Part shown: in pieces, positions 1 through 10,600 of the stretch
How positions within the stretch are numbered: the first letter of the stretch is position 1
How the letters are laid out: each line of letters begins with the position of its first letter
IMG/VR virus record: IMGVR_UViG_3300020411_000002
Source: a virus
Taxonomy: Duplodnaviria; Caudoviricetes
Direction: 5' to 3' (one strand)
DNA: 64,000 nt
Program-made: the position numbers and the translations under genes
The notes under the pieces: generated by a model
Told to the model about the DNA's origin: nothing
The model's input: only the letters and a program-made list of their open reading frames with translations
Databases searched by the model: none

Positions 1-736
1 CTAGAAATAATTCAAGCTCTGTTTTGTAGTCGTTAACGCTGGTGGATTTGCGGGCAGCACTTACACTACTTAAACCGTTACCATCCATGTAGCGTTTAAT
101 TTCTTTATAGTTGGTAGGACCCAAGAAAGCACCAAGTACAGTATCGACTAAACGATTGCTGGTCTTAGACAATCCTTTTTGACCTACAATGTTTTCAGTA
201 ATAGACTTTAGAACTTGCGTAGCTAACTTAGCGCCTTCCATTTCTTCTTTAGGTGCACCTTTAGCTTTGAACTTACCTTGCGCGAAAGTCTTGGTAAATG
301 ATAGGAAGTTTTTATTTCCTTGGGGCGAGAACTTGTTAGCTACTACGTCTTTGATACGCGGTATGTTACGTCTAAACTTGGAATAGTTTTCTTGTATATC
401 TTGTTTGACTGAATACTTGTTTTGAAAAACGCGCTCGTCAATAGCTCTGTCCGTAATAGCCTGTTTAGCTCTGGCTCGTCTACTTAACTTAACGGGTTCT
501 TTTACTTCTGGCTTTGATGGTAGCGCAGGTTTTGCTTGCTTTCTTTCTGCCTTAGGAAGCTGAATTTCTTTACGCTTAGCTTTAGAAGAATTATCCAGTG
601 ATAGAGTTCCAGCCCTAACACCTTGTGCATACTTGCTCTTTGGATGCGCTTCAATATAAGCTTTGCGAGTAGCTGGCGAAGCTTTCTTCCACCAGCCTGC
701 TTCTTCGGCAGATAAACTAGTTATGCCATAATCCAT
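1..736 (-). CDS. Hypothetical protein, partial (runs off the left edge); not in the ORF track
   Basis: Hand translation from ATG at 736 gives MDYGITSLSAEEAGWWKKASPATRKAYIEAHPKSKYAQG..., open for 245 codons to base 1; starts 2 nt past the stop of the upstream gene. Confidence 0.85.
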   Translation of the reverse strand, partial: MDYGITSLSAEEAGWWKKASPATRKAYIEAHPKSKYAQGVRAGTLSLDNSSKAKRKEIQLPKAERKQAKPALPSKPEVKEPVKLSRRARAKQAITDRAIDERVFQNKYSVKQDIQENYSKFRRNIPRIKDVVANKFSPQGNKNFLSFTKTFAQGKFKAKGAPKEEMEGAKLATQVLKSITENIVGQKGLSKTSNRLVDTVLGAFLGPTNYKEIKRYMDGNGLSSVSAARKSTSVNDYKTELELFL

Positions 737-738
737 AA

Positions 739-1200
739 TTAACTCAACATTGAAATAACGTTTCGTAAAATTTCAGCTTCGGGTATCTTGTACTTTTCAG
801 ATACTTGAGCTAAAGACTGAGTAAGCTTTTCTTTCACTTCATTAGAGGCAAGAGAAAGGTCTTTCTTTCGTTCACGATCTAAAGCTTTGTTCGTATTTTT
901 GATAAACGTAGGTGCTAGTGAGTTTAACACTCTTTCTATATCACCGATTTCAAGTTTACCGATATTGTACTCTTCGCGAAAAGCTACTATGTCTCGGTTG
1001 TTGCCTTTGATCATATTCTTAGTAAAAGTAATAATCTCTTCTGGCTTTAGCTTGGAAGTAGCTGTAATTTCAGATATCTCACCTAGAGCCTTCTTTGCGG
1101 CATGAATGTTTCCATCAATAGCACTTTTTGCAAATTTTATTACATTTTTGATTAGCACACTAGAGCTTGCTAAAGAGGTTAAAGGTACACTTACTTTCAT
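739..1200 (-). CDS. Hypothetical protein
   Basis: Track ORF 739..1230; start moved to ATG at 1200 (MKVSVPLTSLASS), which forms an ATGA overlap with the upstream TGA at 1197-1199. Confidence 0.8.
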   Translation of the reverse strand: MKVSVPLTSLASSSVLIKNVIKFAKSAIDGNIHAAKKALGEISEITATSKLKPEEIITFTKNMIKGNNRDIVAFREEYNIGKLEIGDIERVLNSLAPTFIKNTNKALDRERKKDLSLASNEVKEKLTQSLAQVSEKYKIPEAEILRNVISMLS

Positions 1201-2321
1201 TTCGTTTGTCTCTGCATAGAAGCTAGCCAATGTATGTTCTCGGATATACGAACAAGGTCTTCTTGTGGAACATACTGTTTAAATTCCATAATAAGATGTG
1301 CGTAAGATCTGGCAGCACCTTCGTAGTCACCTAGTTCACTACGAGCCTTACCGTTCAAGTCATACGCTTGCCATAGCAATTCGTTGTTCTTGTTATAAAT
1401 TACATTCTTAGACTTGTTGAGGGCTGCTCCCATCATTCTATCAGTCCAGAATAGAATACCTATTGCATCATCTTTGTAGTAATGAGAATAGGCTAAGTAC
1501 AACATTACTTCTATGTGATTTATATCTAAGGCAAGTGCTTTATAAAGAGTAGATTCATTATCTATACCTAACTGCCTTTCTGCAAAAGACCGTAGTATGT
1601 AAGAATCAATCATTTGTGCAGTATCTACCATTTCAGTAAATCTAGACATATCGTGTAGAACCGCATAACACTCTGCAAAATCATCTTTATAGAAAAGTTC
1701 GCGGGCATAATAGTGAGCACATCTTAAATCAGTACCGTTCTTAAAGTACTGGTCACGCAATAGTTCTATATAGTTGCGCGGCTTCTTTGGGTCTGGATGA
1801 TGTGTAAACTCAATAGAAGTAAGAGCATATTCTGATTTATCTTTTTCTAACAGTAACTCGTGGCAGGCATATTTCCAATAGAACCCTCTAGCCGAGTGTA
1901 TCTTTGACTGAGTGTAAGTTACAGTATCAGAGAACTTCATTGTAGTTTTCAAACAATGAAACTTGCGGTCAATAGGTATATCGTAATCGATAATAGTAGA
2001 AGCAAGAGTTTCATACCACTTATCAGATATACGTTCATCTAAGTCTGCCCACATTAGTAGGTCATATATGCCGAGACTACGCTGCGCTATCTCCATTGCC
2101 ATGTTACGTGCAATGCTAAAATTAAAAGGGCGAATATCTGCTTGATGAACTTCGATTGCAGGAAATTCATCTTTTAATGACTCTGCAAGTTGTACAGAAT
2201 TATCGGTGCTGCCTGTATCAAGCAAAACAATTCTATGTGCGTATGGTACGAACTGCTCCACAAACGGTCTTAGGTTAGCAGCCTCGTTTTTCATTATCGC
2301 ATATATAGAAATCTTAAACAT
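1197..2321 (-). CDS. Glycosyltransferase family 2 with C-terminal TPR-like region
   Basis: GT2 start ISIYAIMKNEA, LLDTGSTDNS, DxD-type WADLDE, CHE motif, then helical TPR-like repeats (HYYARELFY, YLAYSHY, GDYEGAARSY). Confidence 0.9.
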   Translation of the reverse strand: MFKISIYAIMKNEAANLRPFVEQFVPYAHRIVLLDTGSTDNSVQLAESLKDEFPAIEVHQADIRPFNFSIARNMAMEIAQRSLGIYDLLMWADLDERISDKWYETLASTIIDYDIPIDRKFHCLKTTMKFSDTVTYTQSKIHSARGFYWKYACHELLLEKDKSEYALTSIEFTHHPDPKKPRNYIELLRDQYFKNGTDLRCAHYYARELFYKDDFAECYAVLHDMSRFTEMVDTAQMIDSYILRSFAERQLGIDNESTLYKALALDINHIEVMLYLAYSHYYKDDAIGILFWTDRMMGAALNKSKNVIYNKNNELLWQAYDLNGKARSELGDYEGAARSYAHLIMEFKQYVPQEDLVRISENIHWLASMQRQTK

Positions 2322-3243
2322 TATTTATCTCTCTTATATTTCCGCTTTCCCACCACTTATCGCCGTAGTCAGCCGTTATTTCAAAAGTGTATTCATCGTA
2401 CTTACTATAATCAAGACCTATATTCACATCATAGTAATACGGTACTCCATTACGATATCCGCCGAAATATCTACGAGTTCTGTGGTTGAAATAATTCTTC
2501 TGTACAAGAACTAAAGTATATGGACGTTTAGTAGGTCTGTACGGTACATCTGAGTCTCCATCAAAACCCATTAAGTCAGCATCAGACTCTATATCAAAGT
2601 CATAATACTTATTGGCTCTATCTATCATTCTAGGATAATGACCCGTAGTATAATTAGACTCGTACTGGGTTTTGTATAATAACTTATCGCGAGAATAGAC
2701 TCGGTTCTTTCCGCTAGAATCGTCTACGTATTTGAAGTCTTTCCAATACCAAGCAAAATGAGTAAACAGAGGAGTTGGTTCAGATGCAGGTTGGTAGGTA
2801 GTTAAGTCTACGCTGTACTTTCCATCTTCTCTACGTAAGTCTGTGAACTGAGAACCGTACCAACGAATAACTTCAATAGAAATTTGAGCCATTAAGCTTC
2901 GCTGAGTACCATTGGATAATACATACGTGAAACAGTCGGGACCTAAATAGCCTGAACGGGAGGTATAAATGAGAGAAGGCCCGCCAGTATCTATACTGAC
3001 GAACCCTTTAGATGGAGGTTCAGCTACTATTGGATTTAATCTCCACCCGCGCTGAACGGGAATTTTACTTAACACTTCTGGATCTGGACTTGTGAATGTC
3101 TCTGGATCACGCGCACCTTGCAAACTCCAATCTCTAAGATTAATTTCAAGAGGCTGCCCTGTACGAGCGACAACCTCTAAGTCTGGTGCGTAAGGAACGT
3201 AGTTTCTCCAATATTCAAGAGAAAGCATTTTTCCATACATCAT
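2314..3243 (-). CDS. Putative virion protein with an Ig-like (Big_9/cadherin-like) domain
   Basis: PSKGFVSIDTGGPSLIYTSRSGYLGPDCFTYVLSNG matches the Big_9-type G.L...G...YTP..G..G.D.F.Y pattern; start moved to 3243, which has AAGGA 8 nt upstream. Confidence 0.65.
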   Translation of the reverse strand: MMYGKMLSLEYWRNYVPYAPDLEVVARTGQPLEINLRDWSLQGARDPETFTSPDPEVLSKIPVQRGWRLNPIVAEPPSKGFVSIDTGGPSLIYTSRSGYLGPDCFTYVLSNGTQRSLMAQISIEVIRWYGSQFTDLRREDGKYSVDLTTYQPASEPTPLFTHFAWYWKDFKYVDDSSGKNRVYSRDKLLYKTQYESNYTTGHYPRMIDRANKYYDFDIESDADLMGFDGDSDVPYRPTKRPYTLVLVQKNYFNHRTRRYFGGYRNGVPYYYDVNIGLDYSKYDEYTFEITADYGDKWWESGNIREINNV

Positions 3244-3268
3244 GGTAGAATTCCTTATAGGTATTTGC

Positions 3269-5290
3269 CTACATATACTTTCTTCTAAATTGTTCAAGAG
3301 TTAGAATAGGAATATTTCTTTCTTCTGCTAAATCTACTTTTGAACTAGTGTAAGATTCATCTTTGATGATAAGCATAGTTGTATCGGCTTTCATGTTTTG
3401 AACAGTACCACCTTGCTGAGTAATCCACGCTTGAACCTCTTTATCTCTAGCACCGGTCAAAGTTATCTTTTCACCGTCTAGTAGGTCACCAACCGCTTCT
3501 TCTTTTTGAGGTAGTTCTAAGTCTACACTTAAATTATCAGCAAGCTTGAATATCTTAGGTAAAGCTACTGCAAAGTTTCTAGCTATTTGCTTGAAGCCGT
3601 GAAGAGCCTGCACTTTATCTACAATATATTGTGTAGACTCGTCTTCCCACTCAAACACTTCTTCGCCGTAAGCATCTACAATCTTTTGCACACGCTCTAA
3701 ACTAAAGTTGTCTATGTATCCAGAAGCTACTGCAAAGTTTACAAAGTTAGGTGCATTAAGGCATTTGTCTACTTCTGAGATAAGCTTCTTAATAGTTTGA
3801 GTACCAAAGCTTTCAACGCCTTCCAAGTCTTTAACTCGAATGCGCTTAATCTTTAGAGGTGAAGTATAGCCAAGGTCATATAGCTTTTTGAATGTACTTT
3901 CTTTAAAGCCGTCCATACCTAGTGCAACAAAGAAGTGTGTCAGTCGCTTAACTCTAGATGTACTGCTTTGTGCAGACTTACCAGCGTATACAGCGTGAAC
4001 ACCTTTCTCTTTGTATTCGTATGGAGGCTCAGCAGGTTTTCGAGAAGCTTTAACTACTTCAACAATATATGGAATAACGCCGCCAGAACGAACTACTTTA
4101 ATCTTCGCACCTACGTTAATAGGCTTAACTTGAAGTCCAAGCTTTGCATCACTCTTTTTAAATCCATTGCGAATGTAAAACAAAGAATGCGCTAAGAAGT
4201 TTGAAACAGTAACACCGCCAAGTCTTATAGGGTCTATTGAGATAGTTGGTATGATAGTTTTGTTTCTAGATATCTCCCAATCAACAGACTTAACAGAAAC
4301 TATCTGCATTGCCGATTCACTATTCTCTTTAAAAGCAACTGCATGTTTGGCATTTGTTCTTTGAGGTGTGTACGGTATATCTTTAGCTACAATGATTCCA
4401 TCAATCTCGTATTCGCTTTGATTAATTCGAACATCATAGATTTGACTTAGTGAGTTGCTTGGGTCATCTGCTTCAAAGTTGTCAGACGTAACGCTCCAAA
4501 CGGTTTTGAACTTTAAGCGCTTTAGAAGCTGTAACTGTTTAGAGATAGGTCCACCTGCTGTTCGACCCTCTTGTATCTCGTAACAAACAACGTCTACATC
4601 TTTCATGTGTCGTTGGTATTGCTTAAAGTCTTTTGAGCTAGACATTTTGTTAAGGATACCACCTGCCATATTACGTGCAGCTTTAAAAGTTCCCTTGCTG
4701 TTTTTAGTAGAGTCGTGCTTTGCATCAAACGTAGATGTTTTAACAATAGCTTCTGACCTAACTATGAAACGTGTCTTGATAGGAATCTTTTTAGGTATTC
4801 TTAGATAAGGAATCCAATGTGATATGTCTTGACCTACAGCACCGTCACCACGCGTAGCAGCTTGAACACAAACACCTTTATCGTACACTAGCTGTAGACT
4901 TATTCCGTCAAGCTTATCCATTATTGTGTAAGACTGTTTGGGGTCTATAAACCTAGTTAGCGCTTTTGTGTTTGGTTTTATCTTGCTCATACTAGGCATG
5001 AACACTGGAAGTTTTACTTCGATTCTTCCTTTTGGTACAGGTGCGCCAACGGTTTTCCAAATAGCGTTACGTGGATTATTTGTTTTAACAATTTCTTCTA
5101 CTTCATCGTAGTGACTGTCAGGCAATAGCTCTTTCTTGTTCGTATAGTATTCACGTAGAACCTTTATCGCCGCAATCTGAACAGTCTTTGGATACTCTTC
5201 AATAGAGCTTGGGTCTGCTAGAGCATTGAGTATAGCTTTCTTAACTCTGCTATCTATTTTAGCTCTTGAAATTCTTAACTTATAGTTCAT
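3269..5290 (-). CDS. ligA: NAD-dependent DNA ligase
   Basis: Domain Ia YY...D..YD, KxDG motif (DKLDG), TRGDG..G.DI, EIDGIIV, AVAFK, OB-fold RSGGVIPYI, HhH region, C-terminal BRCT-like domain. Confidence 0.97.
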   Translation of the reverse strand: MNYKLRISRAKIDSRVKKAILNALADPSSIEEYPKTVQIAAIKVLREYYTNKKELLPDSHYDEVEEIVKTNNPRNAIWKTVGAPVPKGRIEVKLPVFMPSMSKIKPNTKALTRFIDPKQSYTIMDKLDGISLQLVYDKGVCVQAATRGDGAVGQDISHWIPYLRIPKKIPIKTRFIVRSEAIVKTSTFDAKHDSTKNSKGTFKAARNMAGGILNKMSSSKDFKQYQRHMKDVDVVCYEIQEGRTAGGPISKQLQLLKRLKFKTVWSVTSDNFEADDPSNSLSQIYDVRINQSEYEIDGIIVAKDIPYTPQRTNAKHAVAFKENSESAMQIVSVKSVDWEISRNKTIIPTISIDPIRLGGVTVSNFLAHSLFYIRNGFKKSDAKLGLQVKPINVGAKIKVVRSGGVIPYIVEVVKASRKPAEPPYEYKEKGVHAVYAGKSAQSSTSRVKRLTHFFVALGMDGFKESTFKKLYDLGYTSPLKIKRIRVKDLEGVESFGTQTIKKLISEVDKCLNAPNFVNFAVASGYIDNFSLERVQKIVDAYGEEVFEWEDESTQYIVDKVQALHGFKQIARNFAVALPKIFKLADNLSVDLELPQKEEAVGDLLDGEKITLTGARDKEVQAWITQQGGTVQNMKADTTMLIIKDESYTSSKVDLAEERNIPILTLEQFRRKYM

Positions 5291-5316
5291 TAGAAACCTT
5301 AATGCCTATTTCAACT

Positions 5317-5520
5317 TTAGGTCTTTTCTCTGTTAGCGCAGACCGGTGTACCAGATTTTCTGTTAGTGTTATTGGTTTGAAACTCATGTGATTCCTCTAC
5401 GCGTATCAAATCGTCTATACCGTAAAAGCCTACAATAAATGCAGGCTTAACGTCTTTTGCTTTTTTATATCCGCCTTTACCATCATGAATAACAGCATCG
5501 CCGGGTCGTATTCTATCCAC
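5317..5520 (-). CDS. Hypothetical protein
   Basis: GTG start with GAGGA upstream; fills the gap between neighbours. Confidence 0.6.
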   Translation of the reverse strand: MDRIRPGDAVIHDGKGGYKKAKDVKPAFIVGFYGIDDLIRVEESHEFQTNNTNRKSGTPVCANREKT

Positions 5521-5833
5521 TTTTATCCTCTTTATCTAAACAAATATGAGCAACAAAATTTCCATCTTCTTCCGATATAGCACACCGACGAACCTTGCAG
5601 TTAGGATTAAGCATCGAGTACTCAGACATATCCATGTTAAATGATTCTAGTACTTGCTCTACTGTAGGCAGCGTATCCATCTGACTATAATCGTAAACAA
5701 TACCCTCGTCTTCCTGTGTCACATTAGGATATGAACGGTTATGTTCTTCTGCTATCTTATCAATAGCTTTACGCCAACTATTCATTAAGTTTGAAATAGG
5801 TTGGTCGGTTTCTTCTTTCCAATCTATAGACAT
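5513..5833 (-). CDS. Hypothetical protein
   Basis: 106-aa ORF tightly packed in the operon. Confidence 0.7.
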   Translation of the reverse strand: MSIDWKEETDQPISNLMNSWRKAIDKIAEEHNRSYPNVTQEDEGIVYDYSQMDTLPTVEQVLESFNMDMSEYSMLNPNCKVRRCAISEEDGNFVAHICLDKEDKSG

Positions 5834-5835
5834 AG

Positions 5836-7617
5836 TTAACTCGTTATCGGTTCGTTAGATTTGTCGTAGTTTTCTATATTGTTAAAGTACTTAGTAAACT
5901 CTTTTGGATTAAGCTTACGTACAAAGTCGGCTTCTTTCTCAATAGACTGATTAGTCTTCGAGCTAATACGAACTGTTTGATATTCCATTGGGTCATTAGT
6001 AATGTCGTAGACCTTGTATACCGTAATAGAATCGTTTTTCTTTAGAGGGTAGATATCAAGAATTAGATATTCGCGTTGTTCAGTCTTGTCTTCCTTAAAC
6101 TGAATTACATCGCCTTCCTCATACGCTTTAGTCTCTTCGACGTCCTCAACAGACTCGGGGTCTTCATCCTCTTCTGCGAGTTCAACATCTTCGTCTTCAT
6201 CATACGATTCTTGCTCAATGTCATCCAGATCGACAGGCTCTTCGCTTTCATCCTCTTCAATCTCTTCGACTTCTTCTGTATCTTCCTGTACTTCATCATC
6301 GGGATCGTCCTCTATCTCGGTTTCTTCTTCCGACTCTTCAAGCTCAGATTCTTCTTCGATATCTGGATCTTCTTCATCGTCTGGAAGTTCTTCATCTTCG
6401 TCCTCAAAATCGGCTTCTTCTTCCTCGTCTTCATCTTCTTCCATAGATTGAGAAAGTTCTTCTCGCATATCACCTATTTCAGAATCAAGACTTTGACCTA
6501 TAGCATCAGAGTCTGCATCGACAGAAACAATTTCGTCTTCATCGATTATATCATCGCCTTCTAGGTCAATGTTATCAATGTCATCAAGATCATCAAAGTC
6601 AAAATCACCGTCATCATCGGCTGCCATGTCGTCTAAGTCTGCAACAACTTTCTCTTTGTCTTGCATTCGCTTAGAAGATTCTTCAATGACAATATCGTCC
6701 ATGTCTTTTACAGGCGCATAAATTGAAGGTGCAACATCTTGCATACCAGCCAAACGTAAAGCCTCTTTACGAGCCTTTTCTTGCTTCTCTAGTTTCTTGC
6801 GCTGTATTTCTTCAAGACGTTTTTGTTTGGCTTCTCGCTTAGCCTCTTTGATTTTTTCACGAGCTTCTTTTTCTTTTAGAGCTTTGGAAATCTCTCTATC
6901 TTTTTTAAGTCTCTTTATCTCGTCCAATGTAACTTTTCCTTTAAGCCATCTGTTTAGCGGCAGTAAAGGTGAATTCTCTACTAGATAGTCATACTTGTCT
7001 GTAGGAATCGCCCAGCTAGTACCATCAGGAAAAGCAATAACACCGCCACGACTTTCCTTTAAAAATCGAAGACCAAACACTTGGCCTTTTTCCATTTCAA
7101 AGAACTTGTCTAGTGTTTTGCTGTACTTAAACTTTGGAACGTTAAGCTTTCGCCACTGGTAGTTTTGAAAGAACACACCGTGCTTACTTTCTGGTACTGG
7201 TCTAGAAGCATTGCGCGTTGGATAGTATCTATCTGCGGCGGTATCATAGACACGAGTATTCGGATTTTCAATAGGCCGTCTAGGTGCGCGTGGAGAAGAA
7301 TTCTTGTTTCCTCTCCCTGCTCTAACGTCTTCTATTTTTGGTGCTTTACGTTTGTGAGATCGTTTAACTAGGTTAACTAGGTCATTCTCTGATATTGGAT
7401 AAGCTACATAATACTTATCAGGAAAGATTAAGTAAGCGCGATTGCCACGAATAGGTTTAATACCAAATACAGCTTTAGGTGGAATAGAGATATCAAAGTT
7501 TCCCGATTCCATCTTTTTGGTTCTTAGACCTTTATACGTGTACCAATTGTATTGCGGTAAATCAGAATACTTTACTGCTACGCTTACGGATTCTAATTCA
7601 TTTATATTCTCAAACAT
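5836..7617 (-). CDS. Hypothetical protein with a K/E/R coiled region and a very long D/E-rich tract
   Basis: 593-aa ORF; about 170 residues dominated by D/E (approx. 6130-6645), flanked by globular-looking regions. Confidence 0.9.
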   Translation of the reverse strand: MFENINELESVSVAVKYSDLPQYNWYTYKGLRTKKMESGNFDISIPPKAVFGIKPIRGNRAYLIFPDKYYVAYPISENDLVNLVKRSHKRKAPKIEDVRAGRGNKNSSPRAPRRPIENPNTRVYDTAADRYYPTRNASRPVPESKHGVFFQNYQWRKLNVPKFKYSKTLDKFFEMEKGQVFGLRFLKESRGGVIAFPDGTSWAIPTDKYDYLVENSPLLPLNRWLKGKVTLDEIKRLKKDREISKALKEKEAREKIKEAKREAKQKRLEEIQRKKLEKQEKARKEALRLAGMQDVAPSIYAPVKDMDDIVIEESSKRMQDKEKVVADLDDMAADDDGDFDFDDLDDIDNIDLEGDDIIDEDEIVSVDADSDAIGQSLDSEIGDMREELSQSMEEDEDEEEEADFEDEDEELPDDEEDPDIEEESELEESEEETEIEDDPDDEVQEDTEEVEEIEEDESEEPVDLDDIEQESYDEDEDVELAEEDEDPESVEDVEETKAYEEGDVIQFKEDKTEQREYLILDIYPLKKNDSITVYKVYDITNDPMEYQTVRISSKTNQSIEKEADFVRKLNPKEFTKYFNNIENYDKSNEPITS

Positions 7618-7628
7618 GACGTTTCCTA

Positions 7629-10600
7629 TTAACCGCCTTTAATGTAGCCGGTGCTTGGACAACCATAACAGCTATTAACACAGGGAAGTTTTTGAGCCCA
7701 TATCCAACAGCCTGGAGATACTTCATACGTTCTAACAGCAGGACCTTCTACACCCCATACTCCAATAGCATTGGCTAGTGCTGCATTCTCAGTCGCAAAA
7801 TAGCCACTGTCTAAACAGTTTTCATTGCCTAAAGCTACGCAATCACTTTCAGTAATTGTAACCGTACGGCTTCCTAATGAAGTGTATGAGAAAGTATCTA
7901 GCGAAACAAATGTTGGTGCAAATAAGGACACCTCAGAATGATATGTATAGTCAGTGACTGCATTAGGTTTATCTATAAACGCAGACTCTAAATCATCAAC
8001 CTTTAAAGTATATCCAGACTGGTATTTAATATTGTATAAGTTGTCTACTACAGTTTTATTTACAGTATTCGAAGTCAAACCCTGAACACCGTCTACTTCG
8101 ACTTTCAGGTAATGTACTGCTGTACTTACTGCCCTAGCGTGTTTATTCCAATCTATTTCTAAATTAACAACAGAACTAGATATAGGTTTATTGAAGTCTA
8201 CAACAAATGCCTTAGCAGCCTCTACATTAGGTTTAGAGAACTCTTGGATAAAGAACTTACCCATATCAAAAGTTAGTTTACCATACTCGTATTCAATAAA
8301 GCCTAAATCGTTTCGTGTAAAGATTCTAAACTCACGTTCATGCTCTAACGATAATACAGAACGCTTTTTGAAATCAATAGAAGTAACAGCGTCTGACCTA
8401 TCAGTGTCTGTAACAAACTCGCCCTGCTCAGTAAAAGGCATTTCGGCAAAGTTACGAATAAACTCTTGATTGCGATAAGTAAGATAGTTAGTGTTAGCAC
8501 CCTTGGTATAATCTATACTTACACTGTACGCAATAGGAGAAGTAGTTCTATCAAAGTCTGTTTCAGTGTATGGTTTTATACCTGATGCACCTTTAACGTA
8601 TTCTATTTCTTGACCTGTAGTAGTTGAGCGATTAGAACGTAAGTATTCTACGTCCATACCATAAGCCGAGTGTAGTGACTTAACAGATTCAAATTTGTCT
8701 ATAAAGAAAGAGGGGTTAGAAGACCTCTCTGCTTGCGACTTAGCAACATCAAGAATTGGTCGATTAGACTTTGAGTAGTTAGCACCTTTATATTGGAAAT
8801 CAAAAGTAGCTGGAACAACAATACTGGATTCCAAGTTTTTCTCTACCAACATATTAGGTAAAGAGGTGGGAACAATTTCTCGCTCCAAAGCAAAAGACTT
8901 TGCAACAATAACATCTGCTTCTGCATCATAATGATTAACACTTACACCTGACTGACCTATAACTTCTGCATCTTCTCTATCTATATAAGGAGCAAGCTCT
9001 CTACTTTGAATTGCATCAGTAGTCTTTAAGCTTTGAATGTTCCAACTGCCTTGCGATATACCACTAACAACTCTATGAACTGTAGTACTTCCATAAACAC
9101 CTAATGCATAACCTACTAGCTGTATGTCAGAACCACCAGCAACACGAATTGACTTCTGTTCGTATAGAACACCTTTATAGTTTAATTCATCTGGACTAAT
9201 CTCACTAGGCACAGACCCGTTAATTAAAGGAATAGTATTTCTTGGTATGATAATATCGACACTGAATTCAGAACTAACTGAGTCTAAGTTTATTACTTCT
9301 GATTGAAGCTTATCACCTAAAGTAACACCTTTAATTGTTCCAAAGTCTAGAGGCACCATTGACATAGCTGGAAGTGTAGTAACTATCCAGGTCACGCTAG
9401 TTTTACACATAGATAATACAAGCTGGTGGGCTGTACCGAATACAGGTTTAGTAGTAAGCTTTAACTGTACACTGTCTCCACTTTCAATAGCAGCACTTTG
9501 TCCTACATCAACACCATTAACGATAATAGAACTATTGTAATCGTCATTAATTCTAGCAAGAGTAGGTTCTGCCGTATCTATAATGATAGCATCGGAAATA
9601 AATTCACTACCTAGTTCAGCATAGAAGATATCGATAAAATCAGAACGAGCTTCTGGTTTATTTTCATCACGAGGTTCTTCACTTCGCGTAGTTATAACCC
9701 AAGTGCTTTCAAAGATACCACCCCATGTAACAGTACTAAATGTTTCTTGGCAATTTTCTTCATGACTAGTAGCAGCAATGTATACGCGATCACCGTTTGA
9801 AACAGTTGTCGAAGAACCTACGTCTACCCCATTTTTGTAGATAGTTCCGTAGTCTAGCTCCATTGTACATTCGATAACATCAAGACCATGAATCTGTATA
9901 GCGTTAGAAATATAGCCTGTGTTAGTTTCAGCAAACTGATTGTTATTCCATGTAGTATCTATAGGTATTAACCTTTTAAGCTCTGGACTAGCAGTAAATG
10001 AATATGCATGTTGTCCTAGAACAAAATCAATTCGTCTTGCTTTACCTCCGGGAATGCTTACTTCAAAGTAGAACTCACCATAAGGCTGTATGACAGTTCC
10101 ATTTGTAAAAGAACCTTCCTCAGTATTAACACTTACTTCTACGTCTGAATCATCTGGGTACAAGTATAAGGTTACAGGGTTTCGTACACCATCAATAGTG
10201 TAAGTATCACTTCTACCAGTACCACCAACCGGAATATCGATAATACTTTTATAGTCGATTGGATCTGGGTCTCCGTCAGATACGATAAGTCTTTCGTCAA
10301 TATCTGGATAAAGACAAGACGCAATAAGGACAGAGTTAGCATTATTAAAATATAGCTCATAACTATGACTCGGTAAATCAATCCTATCAATTACTCGTAG
10401 CGAAGAGTCGAGCTTCAACAATTCAGATTCAACTATATCGGAAACGTATAAAGTTTCGTTATCTCTATCATAGGCGAGTCCGTCTAAATAGCCCTGTCCT
10501 TGAAAGAAACTTGTTAGTAATATCGTGTGATTGTTTTCAAAGTCTAACTCTACTATTGTTATTTTTCGTTCCTGTCTATGCGTTATGTAAAGTCTACCTA

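Noticed and set aside
6105-6299. Alternative-frame minus-strand ORFs inside larger genes (also 10172, 20408, 35095, 36291, 48535, 59032)
   Set aside because: Nested out of frame within confident genes, biased composition, no supporting RBS
7629-7640. C-terminal diglycine (YIKGG) on the long fibre as a ubiquitin-like conjugation tag
   Set aside because: No ubiquitin-like fold precedes it and no E1/E2/JAB genes are present; probably coincidental
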